Below are positions 8,174 to 19,889 of a stretch of 51,324 bases of DNA, piece after piece. The notes beneath the pieces are model-generated. The model was not told where the DNA came from, ran no database searches, and was given only the letters and a program-made list of their open reading frames with translations. The first letter of the stretch is position 1. Every line of letters starts with the position of its first letter. Position numbers and translations under genes: made by a program. Source of the stretch: Planctomycetaceae bacterium. GTDB lineage: Bacteria; Actinomycetota; UBA4738; HRBIN12. Where the stretch lies: assembly GCA_050257835.1 (NCBI GenBank), contig JBLMXP010000102.1, positions 1 through 51,324 on the forward strand, read 5' to 3'.

Positions 8174-10242
8174 CCACGGTGCAGGCGCCGCCGATCGCGC
8201 CCCCGCAGGAGCCCCACGGCGCCGTCAAGGCCAGGCCGCTGTTCGACCCGCCGATCGTCCGGCGCGCGGTGCTCGACAGCATCCTGAAGCTGAACCCCCG
8301 CACGCTCATGAAGAACCCCGTGATCTTCGTGGTCGAGGTCGTCTCGGTCATGGTCACGGTCCGGATCGTCGCCGACGCCCTCGGCGGCGGTCCGGTCGCC
8401 TTCGAGGCGGCGATCGCCGCAGGGTTGTGGTTCACGGTCCTGTTCGCGAACTTCGCGGAGGCGATGGCCGAGGGCCGCGGCAAGGCGCAGGCCGACGCCC
8501 TGCGCAGGACCCGGGCCGACCTCGTCGCGCGCCGGATCGGACCCGACGGCGAAGAGACCGTCGCGGCGTCCGAGCTGCGGGCGGGCGACCTCGTGATGAT
8601 CGCGGCGGGCGAGCTGATCCCCGGCGACGGTGAGATCGAGGAGGGCATCGCGTCGGTGGACGAGTCGGCGATCACCGGGGAGTCGGCGCCCGTGATCCGC
8701 GAGTCGGGCGGCGATCGCTCGGCCGTGACCGGCGGGACGAAGGTGCTGTCGGACTGGATCAAGGTTCGGATCACGGCCGATCCGGGGCAGTCCTTCCTCG
8801 ACCGGATGATCTCCCTGGTCGAGGGGGCCGAGCGCCAGAAGACCCCCAACGAGATCGCGCTGTCGATCCTGCTCGCGAAGTTCACGATCATCTTCCTGAT
8901 CGTCTGCGTGGCCCTGCAGCCGTTCGCGATCTACGCGGGCGGTCGCGTGTCCGACGCGGTGCTGATCGCGCTGTTCGTGTGCCTGATCCCGACCACGATC
9001 GGCGGCCTGCTCTCCGCGATCGGGATCGCCGGGATGGACCGGCTCGTCCAGCACAACGTGCTCGCGATGAGCGGGCGCGCCGTCGAGGCGGCCGGCGACG
9101 TCTCCACGCTCCTGCTCGACAAGACGGGGACGATCACCCTGGGCAACCGGCAGGCGGTCGCCCTCGTGCCGGCCCCCGGCATCGAGGAGCGCGAGCTCGC
9201 CGAGGTCGCGCAGCTGGCCTCGCTCGCCGACGAAACCCCCGAGGGACGTTCGATCGTGATCCTCGCGAAGGAGCGCCACGGGATCCGCGGCCGCGAGCTG
9301 ATGGAGACGCACGCGCGTTTCGTCCCGTTCACCGCGCAGACACGGATGAGCGGCGTCGACCTCGACGGGACTGAGATCCGCAAGGGCGCCGTGGACTCCG
9401 TGCTGGCCTGGTCCGGGCGCGAGATGCCGGCGCCGCTCGCCGAGGAGGTCGAGCGCATCGCGCGTGGCGGCGGGACCCCGCTCGCGGTGGGGCGCGACCG
9501 CGAGCTCCTCGGCGTGATCGAGCTGAAGGACGTGATCAAGGAGGGCCTGCGCGACCGCTTCGACCAGCTGCGCGCGATGGGGATCCGCACCGTGATGATC
9601 ACCGGCGACAACGTCCTGACCGCCGCGGCGATCGCGCAGGAGTCCGGGGTCGACGACTTCCTCGCCGAGGCCACCCCCGAGACGAAGATGGCGCTGATCA
9701 AGCGCGAGCAGGAGGGCGGCAAGCTCGTCGCCATGACCGGGGACGGCACGAACGACGCCCCCGCCCTCGCGCAGGCCGACGTCGGCGTGGCGATGAACAC
9801 GGGCACCACCGCCGCGAAGGAGGCCGGCAACATGGTCGACCTCGACTCCAACCCCACGAAGCTGATGGAGATCGTCGAGATCGGCAAGCAGCTGCTGATC
9901 ACCCGCGGTGCCCTCACCACGTTCTCGATCGCGAACGACGTCGCGAAGTACTTCGCGATCATCCCCGCGATGTTCGTGACGACGTTCCCGGTGCTCGACC
10001 GGCTGAACGTCATGCACCTGCGGACCCCCGAGTCGGCGATCCTGTCCGCGGTGATCTTCAACGCCGTGATCATCGTGTTGCTCGTCCCCCTCGCGCTGCG
10101 CGGCGTGGCGTACCGGCCCCTGGGCGCTGCCGCGCTACTCCGTCGCAACCTGCTGATCTACGGCCTCGGCGGCCTGATCGCGCCGTTCGTCGGCATCAAG
10201 CTGATCGACCTGCTGCTCGCGGCCGTCCACTTCCCGAGGTGA
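8170..10242 (+). CDS. kdpB: K+-transporting P-type ATPase subunit B
   Basis: The ATG at 8170 overlaps the kdpA stop (ATGA). P-type motifs are DKTGTIT, MITGDN and [11 protein letters not shown]. The 6682..8169 extension of the ORF is out-of-frame overlap with kdpA. Confidence 0.95.
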   Translation: MTTVQAPPIAPPQEPHGAVKARPLFDPPIVRRAVLDSILKLNPRTLMKNPVIFVVEVVSVMVTVRIVADALGGGPVAFEAAIAAGLWFTVLFANFAEAMAEGRGKAQADALRRTRADLVARRIGPDGEETVAASELRAGDLVMIAAGELIPGDGEIEEGIASVDESAITGESAPVIRESGGDRSAVTGGTKVLSDWIKVRITADPGQSFLDRMISLVEGAERQKTPNEIALSILLAKFTIIFLIVCVALQPFAIYAGGRVSDAVLIALFVCLIPTTIGGLLSAIGIAGMDRLVQHNVLAMSGRAVEAAGDVSTLLLDKTGTITLGNRQAVALVPAPGIEERELAEVAQLASLADETPEGRSIVILAKERHGIRGRELMETHARFVPFTAQTRMSGVDLDGTEIRKGAVDSVLAWSGREMPAPLAEEVERIARGGGTPLAVGRDRELLGVIELKDVIKEGLRDRFDQLRAMGIRTVMITGDNVLTAAAIAQESGVDDFLAEATPETKMALIKREQEGGKLVAMTGDGTNDAPALAQADVGVAMNTGTTAAKEAGNMVDLDSNPTKLMEIVEIGKQLLITRGALTTFSIANDVAKYFAIIPAMFVTTFPVLDRLNVMHLRTPESAILSAVIFNAVIIVLLVPLALRGVAYRPLGAAALLRRNLLIYGLGGLIAPFVGIKLIDLLLAAVHFPR

Positions 10243-10832
10243 TGACATTGAAGACCGCCGTCCGCGCGCTGCTCGCCACGATCGTCCTGGCCGCGATCAC
10301 CGGGCTGCTGTACCCGCTGGCGATGACCGGCGTGGCGCAGGTCGCCTTCGGAACGAAGGCGAACGGCTCGTTGGTCGACGTGCACGGCCGCCCCGCCGGC
10401 AGCGCGATGATCGGGCAGGCCTGGAGCGGACCGGACTGGTTCCACGGCCGGCCCTCCGCGGACGGCTACGACGCGAGCGCCTCGGCCGGCTCGAACCTCG
10501 GCCCGACCTCCGCGACCCTGTCCGAGGAGATCCACCAGCGGATCGCCGCGGTCCTGAAGCGGGAAGGCCCGTACCAGCCGGGGCTGACCGCGGCAGACGT
10601 CCCCGCGGACCTCGTCACCGCCTCGGCGAGCGGGCTCGACCCGGACATCTCGGTCGCCTCCGCCCTGCTGCAGGCGCCGCGGATCGCCGCCGTCCGGGGG
10701 ATCGCCCTGGCGCAGGTCCGGCAGCTGATCGACGCGCACACGTCGAGCAAGGAGCTCGGGTTCCTCGGGGAGCTGCGCGTGAACGTGCTCGAGCTGAACC
10801 TCGCCCTCGAACAGATGGCCCCGCGGGGATGA
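10239..10832 (+). CDS. kdpC: K+-transporting ATPase subunit C
   Basis: 197 aa with an N-terminal TM anchor and the [10 protein letters not shown] motif. ATGA overlap with the kdpB stop. Confidence 0.93.
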   Translation: MMTLKTAVRALLATIVLAAITGLLYPLAMTGVAQVAFGTKANGSLVDVHGRPAGSAMIGQAWSGPDWFHGRPSADGYDASASAGSNLGPTSATLSEEIHQRIAAVLKREGPYQPGLTAADVPADLVTASASGLDPDISVASALLQAPRIAAVRGIALAQVRQLIDAHTSSKELGFLGELRVNVLELNLALEQMAPRG

Positions 10833-11164
10833 TGGCGATGACCCAGGCCCGGACCGTGCTCGTGGTGGGCCGGAAGGCAGCCTCGGTGCCGGAGCTCAAC
10901 GGCACCTTGCTGTTCGGCGCGGGGATCTGCATCCTGACGATCGGGTGGCCCGTCACCGCGGTGCAATCCGCGCTCGTCGAGCGCGCGATCGACGCGGCTC
11001 GCGACGCCCGGGTGCCCGTCGAAGCGATCCTCGTCACGTCCGACATGCGCGCAACGGATCATCTACGTACCGATGACGACGTCCGCGTGGTCGCGCCACG
11101 CCGCGAGAGCATGCGGCTCGCGCGGGCCCTCGCCGCCGTCGGCATCGACGCCCGGCCGCTCTGA
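10829..11164 (+). CDS. Hypothetical 111-aa soluble protein translationally coupled to kdpC
   Basis: ATGA overlap with the kdpC stop. About 90% of codons end in G/C, matching the genome's coding bias. The alternating beta/alpha-like pattern is TVLVVGRK .. AVQSALVERAIDAARDA .. VEAILVTSD .. VRVVAP .. MRLARALAAVGI. I recognise no family. Confidence 0.6.
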   Translation: MMAMTQARTVLVVGRKAASVPELNGTLLFGAGICILTIGWPVTAVQSALVERAIDAARDARVPVEAILVTSDMRATDHLRTDDDVRVVAPRRESMRLARALAAVGIDARPL

Positions 11165-11176
11165 GGCTCCCCCCGC

Positions 11177-12370
11177 TCAGCGCTCGCGATGCGCGATCAC
11201 GTGGATGTCGGTGTTCGCCGCCCTGCGGATCAACTCGTTGACGAAGGAGCCGCGGAGCATCTCCTTCCAGCGCGAGCGCAGCGGCTCCCCAACCACGATC
11301 TGCGTGACGAACTGACGGTAAGCGAATCCCAGCACGGCCTCGACCGCGTCGTCCGCATCGATCACGTGCAGCTCCCCGCCGAGCGCGTCCGCGAGCTGCC
11401 GGATCGTCTCGAGCCAAGCCTCCTTCGGCTCCGCGCCCTCGCGGACGTGGACCACGAGGAGGTCGCCACGGGCCCGCTGCGAGATGCGCGCCCCCCGACG
11501 GACGAGATCCTCGGAGAAGTCGGGATGCGAGACGCAGATCAGCACCCGCTCGCGGGTCTCCGGCACCTTCCCCTTCGTCCAGCGGGACAGGAGCGTCTCG
11601 TCGACCTGGTTCGCGACCCGCATCAGGGCCAGCTCGCGCAGCGCCGTCAGGTTCTCGGTCGTGAAGAAGCGCTGCAGCGCCAGCTCGGCCTTGCGCTGGT
11701 CGGGATAGACGTTGCCGTGCAGCATCCGCCGGCGGAGCGCGTAGGGCGACATGTCGACCAGCTCGATCTGATCGGCGAGGTCGACGAGCCAATCCGGCAC
11801 GGTCTCCCGCTGGCGGATCCCGGTCGCGTCGGCGACGACGTCGTTGAGGCTCTCGAGGTGCTGCACGTTGACCGTCGTGATGACCTCGATCCCGTCGGCG
11901 AGCAGGTCGAGGACGTCCTCCCACCGCTTCGCGTGCGCGCCGCCGGGGACGTTCGTGTGCGCCAGCTCGTCGATCAGCGCCACCTCGGGCTGGAGGGCGC
12001 GGACCCCGTCGGTGTCGAGCTCGGGGAACTCCGTGCCGCGGTAGGCGCGCCTCGCGGGCGGCACCACCTCGAGCCCTTCGAGCATCGCGATCGTCTGCGG
12101 ACGTCCGTAGGTCTCGACGCAGCCGACCACGACCCGCGCGCCCCGTCCGGCACGGCGGCGCCCTTCCGACAGCATCGCGTAGGTCTTGCCGACCCCCGGC
12201 GCGGCGCCGAGGTAGACGCGCAGCGGCGCGTGCTTGGCCGCGAGCGCCGTGTCGCGGTTCCAGGCCCGCGCCCCCGCCGGCTCGGGCACGACGCTGCGCC
12301 CGACGAGCGACTCGACCGACTCCGAGCCGCTGGGGTACGTCTCCGGAGGCACCTGCGGCGCCTGGCTCAT
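11177..12370 (-). CDS. Stand-alone KdpD N-terminal sensor domain plus Usp domain protein (no membrane or kinase part)
   Basis: 397 aa. It has a Walker A GAAPGVGKT, and KdpD N-domain blocks ALIDELAHTN, RWEDVLDLLADGIEVITTVNVQHLESLND, MSPYALRRRM and FFTTENLTALRELALM. A Usp-like segment follows (RVLICVSHPDFSEDLVRRGARISQRARGDLLVVHV). It ends without TM helices or an H-box. Confidence 0.9.
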   Translation of the reverse strand: MSQAPQVPPETYPSGSESVESLVGRSVVPEPAGARAWNRDTALAAKHAPLRVYLGAAPGVGKTYAMLSEGRRRAGRGARVVVGCVETYGRPQTIAMLEGLEVVPPARRAYRGTEFPELDTDGVRALQPEVALIDELAHTNVPGGAHAKRWEDVLDLLADGIEVITTVNVQHLESLNDVVADATGIRQRETVPDWLVDLADQIELVDMSPYALRRRMLHGNVYPDQRKAELALQRFFTTENLTALRELALMRVANQVDETLLSRWTKGKVPETRERVLICVSHPDFSEDLVRRGARISQRARGDLLVVHVREGAEPKEAWLETIRQLADALGGELHVIDADDAVEAVLGFAYRQFVTQIVVGEPLRSRWKEMLRGSFVNELIRRAANTDIHVIAHRER

Positions 12371-12390
12371 CCCCGAAGGGTACGCCCCGC

Positions 12391-12750
12391 CTAGCCCGTG
12401 AACTCCAGCCGAGGGTTGATCATCTGGATCGCGTTCTTCTGCTCGGAGAGCAACCCTTCGACGACGACCCGGGTCCCCAGTCCGAGGCCGCGGATCGCCC
12501 GGCGCCCCATGAACCGCACGACGACCTCGCCGGTGCCGTCAGACACGACCGCCTCGAGCGACTCGTTGTCCTGCAGCGGGAACACCGTGAGCCGGCGGAT
12601 CACCCCGGCGATGCGCACCTGCTCGCGCAACGGGGCGCGGCCGATCCGCACCGACCCCGGCACGGTCTCGGCCCATTCGCGGATCTCGGCGTTCAGGCGC
12701 GCTTCGTCGGACTCGGTCAACCGGTCGAAGAACCGACGGAGCGCCCCCAT
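12391..12750 (-). CDS. Small OB-fold domain protein (actinobacterial family usually seen next to trkA/ceoBC)
   Basis: 119 aa. The pattern VRIAGVIRRLTV .. LEAVVSDGTGEVVVRFMGRRAIRGLGLGTRVVVEG .. NPRLEF matches my recollection of the mycobacterial Rv2694c-type OB-fold protein. Spacers to both neighbours are 20-25 nt. Confidence 0.72.
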   Translation of the reverse strand: MGALRRFFDRLTESDEARLNAEIREWAETVPGSVRIGRAPLREQVRIAGVIRRLTVFPLQDNESLEAVVSDGTGEVVVRFMGRRAIRGLGLGTRVVVEGLLSEQKNAIQMINPRLEFTG

Positions 12751-12775
12751 CTCGACCGCAGCCTAGCCCTGCCGC

Positions 12776-15079
<2,304 letters not shown>

Positions 15080-15225
15080 CGAACCTCCTGCGTGACGGGT
15101 TGGAGTCCCTCCGCGGACGGCGACGCCGTTCCACGTACCCCCGGTCGAGCGGGGACGTTGAAGGATACCCGAGCGGTTTGCCCTCCGACCTGCGAGGACG
15201 TCCCGGTCACAGGCCCGCCACGCGG

Positions 15226-15255
15226 GGCCGGCGCGGTCAGAGCACCGCGCCGGCC
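15226..15255 (-). terminator. 12-bp perfect GC hairpin between the SRPBCC gene and hppA
   Basis: GGCCGGCGCGGT-CAGAGC-ACCGCGCCGGCC lies 14 nt past the stop of the gene at 15269..15847. There is no U-tract, which is common in high-GC genomes. Confidence 0.4.
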
Positions 15256-15268
15256 ATCGCTCGCCTCC

Positions 15269-15847
15269 TCATCGTTCGCCGGTGTAGGCGATCAGGTTGC
15301 GGAGCATCCGTCTCGCGTAGCTCTTCATCGCGATCCGCGCCAACGGTTGCAGCGCCTTCGAACGCAGCAGCGCGGGCGCCCCGGTCCATCGCGAGATGTG
15401 CGCCCGGTACCGCACCGAGGCGCCGTCGCCGGCGGGGTCCATCTCGAACCGGTACGTGATCCTCGTGTCGCTGCTGGGCTTGCCCGCCTTCTTCGGCGTG
15501 AGATGGCCCTCCGTGACGAACTCGAACACCGACGGGCTCGTGGCCTCGGTGACCACCGAGCGGTCCGAGAACGACCCCATCGGATCGACGCCGGTGCTCC
15601 GGAACTCCGTGCCGACCCCCGCCGGCCCAGCCGGCGCGTCGAGGCTCCGCAGCCCGAAGTTCTTCTTGCCGTGCATCGTCCCGGCCCAGGTCGTGTGGGT
15701 CGGCAGGTCCGCGAGCGCCGCGTAGATCCGTTCCGGCGCCACCGGCGCCGTCGCCGACACCGCCACGTCGGCGATGTCGATCCGCCCGTCTTGAGCGGTC
15801 CCTTGCTTCGTCACCGCAACCACCTCCCGTGGTCTCGTCACGGCCAC
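15269..15847 (-). CDS. SRPBCC-fold (polyketide cyclase/dehydrase-like) protein
   Basis: 192-aa ORF with a soluble, START/Bet v1-like pattern (ERIYAALADLPTHTTWAG .. FEFVTEG .. RITYRFEM). The start is uncertain. Confidence 0.6.
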   Translation of the reverse strand: MAVTRPREVVAVTKQGTAQDGRIDIADVAVSATAPVAPERIYAALADLPTHTTWAGTMHGKKNFGLRSLDAPAGPAGVGTEFRSTGVDPMGSFSDRSVVTEATSPSVFEFVTEGHLTPKKAGKPSSDTRITYRFEMDPAGDGASVRYRAHISRWTGAPALLRSKALQPLARIAMKSYARRMLRNLIAYTGER

Positions 15848-15886
15848 GATGAGGGAGCGGTGGGCCGGAAGGATCGGGAGGATGAC

Positions 15887-17548
15887 CTATCTCTGAACCG
15901 ATCCCGTCGCGAAGCGTTGCGCGTAGGCCGCGGCTTCGGACCGGTTCCGCACCCCGAGCTTGGCGAGGATGTTGCTCACGTGGTGGCTCGCGGTCTTCGT
16001 GCTGACGTACAGGCGAGCGGCGATCTCGGCGTTCGTGAGTCCCTGCCCGAGGAGTGCGAGGACCTCGCGCTCGCGCTTGGTGAGGCGCTCCAGGCCCTTC
16101 GGTCCGGCGCGCCCCGCCGATCCGAGCTCCCGCAGGAAGCTCGCGGCCACGTCCGCGTCGCGGACGGCACCGACCTCGTCGAAGGTGGAGAGCGCGACGC
16201 GCGCCTCCTCGATCGCGACCTGGGGCCGCTCGTTCCGCTCCAGCCGGGCGAGCTCGAACCGGGCTCGTGCGGCGTCCAACGAGATCTCGAGGCTCGCGAA
16301 GCGTTCCCGCGCCCGCTCGAACGCGGCCCGGGCTTCCTCACGGCGCCCCTGGGCGGCTGCCACCCGGCCGGCCGCGAGCGCGGCGTCGGCGCCGTCGCGC
16401 TCGCGCTCGGAGCGGCCCGACAGCGCCTCGAGCTCCGCCTGCGCGACCGAGGCCGCCTCCAGGTCCCCATGGGCGATCTCGGCCTCGGTGAGGGCCGCGA
16501 GCAGCGGCGCCGACAGGAGGTTGTCGCGGCCGAGCACGTTCAGCCGACGGTGGAGCTCCGCCACGGCGACCGCCGACTCCCCCCGGGCCAGGAACAGGGA
16601 CGCCCGCGGGAGGGCCATCTCCGGCAGGTCCTCCAACCCGACCATCAGCTCATCGGCTTCCTCGAACCTGCTCTGCGCGATGCGAAGCTCCGATAGGAGC
16701 GCCGCCGGATGGACGCATCGCGCGCGCTGCGCGCCGGCGCGGATCGGCTCGAGCGCCGCCAGGAGCGCCTGCTCGGCCTCGTCCCACCTGCCCTTGGCGA
16801 TCCGGTCCTCCGCGTCGCAGACCATGCAGAAGGACAGGAGCGGCGGGTGGTGGTGCCGCTCCATGTAGTCGTTGAAGACCTCGGTCCAGCGCTCCACCCG
16901 GCTCATGTCCGCGGTGAGCGTGCACGCCTCGACCACGTCGCAGAACACGTCGCCGAGGATGCGCGGGTCGCCCCCTCCCACGGTCGCCGCGGCGAGCGCC
17001 GCATCCAGCAGGTCCATGCCCTCCCCGATCCGTCCGCGGCGAACCGCGCAGATGCCCAGGCGAGCGAGCGCGTGGATCTCGAGCTCCCGATCGTGGAACT
17101 CCCGCGCGATCGCCAGGGCGATCTCGGCGCGAGAAGTGGCGGCGTCGGGGTCGGGAGCACGTTCGGACTCCGCGAGCGCGATCCACCCACGCTCGGCGCA
17201 CGGGCCGTCGGACCGGATCGGGTCTGCCGCACGCTGGAGCCAGCCGTTGGCCGCGACCCGATTGCCCAGCGCCGAGACGTACTCCCGCGCGATCGCGACG
17301 GCGATCCTCGACGCCGCCCTGCGGTCCCCGGGTCCGCCGCGGTCGAGGTAGCCGGCGTAGGCCTCCTCCCAGGCCGCGATCGCGCCCTTGGGGTCGTCGA
17401 GCCACCACCGCGCTCGAGCGAGCGCGTCGCTCACCTCCGGCTCGCGATCGGGCACGTCCGCGAACGCCGCGGCAGCGGCGGCCCAATCTCCCGCGTCGAA
17501 CGCGGCACGTCCGGCGGCGAGCGCCCCTCCCTCGCCCACAGCGTGCAT
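15887..17548 (-). CDS. LuxR-family transcriptional regulator with a long TPR-like helical N-terminal region
   Basis: The C-terminal HTH is LTKREREVLALLGQGLTNAEIAARLYVSTKTASHHVSNILAKLGV. The upstream region is Ala/Leu/Arg-rich helical repeats. I place the start at MHAVGEG (17548); the 117 codons upstream in the 669-aa ORF look non-coding. Confidence 0.8.
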   Translation of the reverse strand: MHAVGEGGALAAGRAAFDAGDWAAAAAAFADVPDREPEVSDALARARWWLDDPKGAIAAWEEAYAGYLDRGGPGDRRAASRIAVAIAREYVSALGNRVAANGWLQRAADPIRSDGPCAERGWIALAESERAPDPDAATSRAEIALAIAREFHDRELEIHALARLGICAVRRGRIGEGMDLLDAALAAATVGGGDPRILGDVFCDVVEACTLTADMSRVERWTEVFNDYMERHHHPPLLSFCMVCDAEDRIAKGRWDEAEQALLAALEPIRAGAQRARCVHPAALLSELRIAQSRFEEADELMVGLEDLPEMALPRASLFLARGESAVAVAELHRRLNVLGRDNLLSAPLLAALTEAEIAHGDLEAASVAQAELEALSGRSERERDGADAALAAGRVAAAQGRREEARAAFERARERFASLEISLDAARARFELARLERNERPQVAIEEARVALSTFDEVGAVRDADVAASFLRELGSAGRAGPKGLERLTKREREVLALLGQGLTNAEIAARLYVSTKTASHHVSNILAKLGVRNRSEAAAYAQRFATGSVQR

Positions 17549-17684
17549 CCTGGGCTCCGACCGCCTCGGACGCAACCGGAGCCGGCGACGAGGGAGCCCA
17601 CCGCTCGGGCTCGGCCGCGAACCCCTCATCGGGTAGGCTGAGGACTGGTGCGCCGGGAAGCCTGGTCGGCAGGAGGAGTCGACC

Positions 17685-19091
17685 GTGGCCCGAGAGCGCA
17701 CCGCATCCGTACGCACGCGTCGCGCCGTGCGACCGGGCGTGCTCCTGTTCGCGTTCGCGTTCGCGGTGATGGCCGACCCCGTCTCCTCGGTCGCGTACGC
17801 GATCGAGGCAGGCCTGCGAGCGCTCGCCGGCGACCTGTTGTTGCTGGTGCCCACGATGCTGATCGTGCTCGGGATCATCACCGTGGTCCGGCTCAACTAC
17901 GACCAGCTGATCCGGCGCTTCCCGCAGGGCGGCGGGGCCGTCGCCGCCACCGGAGCCGCGTTCGGCGAGAGCTGGGCCTTCCTGCCGCTCGGGGCGCTGG
18001 TCGTCGACTACGTGCTCACCATCGCGATCAGCGTGGCGGCGGCCGCGAGCGCCGTGATCGCGTACGTGCCGTCGCTCGCCTCCTACCGGATCGAGATCGC
18101 AGTCGTACTCTGCGTGGCGGTCGCGGCGATCACGTGGTTCGGCCATCTCGGACGCAGCGTGTTCGCGACGATGACGACGCTGTTCATCGCTTCGGCGATC
18201 CCCGTCCTCGTCCTGGGGTTCGTCGCGCCCCACGCGGTCGGACACGCGGCCCTGCGCGGCGCCGGCACGGCGTCGGTCTGGACGGTCCTGCTGGCGTTCC
18301 CCGTGGCGATGGCGCTCGCCACCGGCGTCGAGGCGCCCTCGAGCGCGATCGCACAGCTCGGCCAGCTCGACGATCGAGGCCGCGAGCGTTTCGGCCGGAT
18401 CACCCTGTGGCTCACGTTCGTGATCGAGGGCTCGCTCACCGTCTTGATCGCGGCCCTCGCGGTGCGGCTCCACACGGGCGTGCCGCCGGAAGACAGCACC
18501 TTGATCGCCGACGTCGCACGACTGTCGGTGGGCAAGGGCCCTCTGTTCGCGGCGTTCCAGCTGACCAGCTCGCTGCTGCTGCTCGCCGCCGCATCCTCGT
18601 CGTTCCAGGCCGGACCCGGCCTTCTCAAGGCGCTCGCGCGTCAGCGCCGGCCGAACGGGGAGCACGTGGGGATCCTCCCCGGTCCCCTCGGGGACACGAA
18701 CGACCACCACACCCCGTACTGGAGCGTGGCCGTGTACCTGGGCATCGCGGTCGCGGTCGTGATCGCGGCCAAGGGACGCGACCAGGAGCTCGTCCTGTTC
18801 TACGCGGTCGCCGTGTTCATCAGCTTCCTGTGCGGGCTCCTCGCGATGGTGCGCTTCTCCCGGCGCGACGGCGACCGTCTCCATGTGGCCGTGAACGCGG
18901 TCGGTGCGGCACTCGTGCTGTTCACCCTGGCGGTGAACCTGCGCCGCGGCTACCCCATCGCGTCGGTCGTCGCCTCGCTCGCGATCGGCGGGCTGTTCAT
19001 GTGGCTCTGGCTCAGACAGGGCCGCCCCCGGGGCATCGCGATGGCCGAGGCGGAGGCCGAGCGCCTCGTCGGCGAGGAGCTCGAGGTCTGA
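17685..19091 (+). CDS. KimA-like APC-superfamily transporter, membrane core only
   Basis: The GTG at 17685 lies 7 nt after AGGAGGAG. At 468 aa it shares core blocks with the 1518..3998 protein (DPVSSVAYAIEAG, NYDQLIRRFPQGGGA, LVVDYVLTIAISVAA) but ends right after the last TM, with no cytoplasmic domain. Confidence 0.75.
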   Translation: MARERTASVRTRRAVRPGVLLFAFAFAVMADPVSSVAYAIEAGLRALAGDLLLLVPTMLIVLGIITVVRLNYDQLIRRFPQGGGAVAATGAAFGESWAFLPLGALVVDYVLTIAISVAAAASAVIAYVPSLASYRIEIAVVLCVAVAAITWFGHLGRSVFATMTTLFIASAIPVLVLGFVAPHAVGHAALRGAGTASVWTVLLAFPVAMALATGVEAPSSAIAQLGQLDDRGRERFGRITLWLTFVIEGSLTVLIAALAVRLHTGVPPEDSTLIADVARLSVGKGPLFAAFQLTSSLLLLAAASSSFQAGPGLLKALARQRRPNGEHVGILPGPLGDTNDHHTPYWSVAVYLGIAVAVVIAAKGRDQELVLFYAVAVFISFLCGLLAMVRFSRRDGDRLHVAVNAVGAALVLFTLAVNLRRGYPIASVVASLAIGGLFMWLWLRQGRPRGIAMAEAEAERLVGEELEV

Positions 19092-19104
19092 TCGAGCCCT
19101 CCGT

Positions 19105-19479
19105 CTACGGTCGGCCGCCGATGGCCAGCCCGGCGGCCGCTAGCAGCAGCCCTACCGCCGTGCTGCCGACGAGGTTGAGCAGCCCGTAGCGGGGCGCGCC
19201 TTCACGGAGCAGCCGCAGGGACTCGAACGCGAGCGTGGAGAACGTGGTGAACGCGCCGATCAGGCCCGTGCCGATCCCGACCTTGATCACGGCGGGCGCG
19301 CTCGCGTGCTGCGTCACGAACCCGGTCACCACCCCGAGCAGGCAGGCGCCCACGAGGTTCACGGCGAGGGTCCCGGCCGGGAACGCGCCGTCCCACCGCT
19401 CCTGCACGAAGCCGTCGAGGAGGTAGCGGCAGACCGCGCCGGCGGCTCCTGCGGCGAAGACCGTCAGCAGCAACGTCAC
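19105..19479 (-). CDS. crcB: Fluoride channel CrcB/FluC, second copy
   Basis: 124 aa, starting at a GTG that overlaps the upstream crcB stop (GTGA at 19476..19479). Motifs are GAAGAVCRY, NLVGACLLG and GLIGAFTTFSTLAFES. The remainder of the 543-aa ORF upstream is shadow. Confidence 0.85.
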   Translation of the reverse strand: MTLLLTVFAAGAAGAVCRYLLDGFVQERWDGAFPAGTLAVNLVGACLLGVVTGFVTQHASAPAVIKVGIGTGLIGAFTTFSTLAFESLRLLREGAPRYGLLNLVGSTAVGLLLAAAGLAIGGRP

Positions 19480-19889
19480 CGGCGGGGACGCCCCTTCACC
19501 GACAGGCGCTCCCAGGCCAGGGCCGCCCCGTAGCCCAGCGCGCAGGCAGCGACACCGCCCGCGAGCGACACGACGACGTACACGAACGCAGCCACGACCT
19601 GTCCGTCGCCCGTCAGCCGCGCCGACTCGACCACGAACGTCGAGAAGGTGGTGAACCCGCCGAGGACCCCGATCCCGACGAACGGGCGCACGTAGGTGGT
19701 CGGCGGCCACACGTCGAGGACCAGCGTCAGGACGAGTCCCAGCAGGAACGACCCGCCCAGGTTGATCAGGAGCGTGACCCACGGGAAGGCGGGCGGCGTG
19801 GCAGGGGCGAACGTCAGCGCGAGCTCGTAACGCGCGCACGCGCCGAGCCCGCCGCCGAGCGCGACGGCCAGGACGATCCGGGGCCGCAC
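19476..19889 (-). CDS. crcB: Fluoride channel CrcB/FluC, first copy
   Basis: 137 aa. Motifs are GGGLGACARY, NLGGSFLLG and VLGGFTTFSTFVVES. Confidence 0.9.
   Translation of the reverse strand: MRPRIVLAVALGGGLGACARYELALTFAPATPPAFPWVTLLINLGGSFLLGLVLTLVLDVWPPTTYVRPFVGIGVLGGFTTFSTFVVESARLTGDGQVVAAFVYVVVSLAGGVAACALGYGAALAWERLSVKGRPRR

Noticed and set aside
17549-17684. Possible c-di-AMP riboswitch upstream of the second KimA-like gene (GAGGGAGCCCA element and hairpin)
   Set aside because: Only one short fragment resembles the ydaO motif. There is no CCCGA...AGCUAAC half, and the spacer is probably just a divergent promoter region. A cmsearch would settle it.
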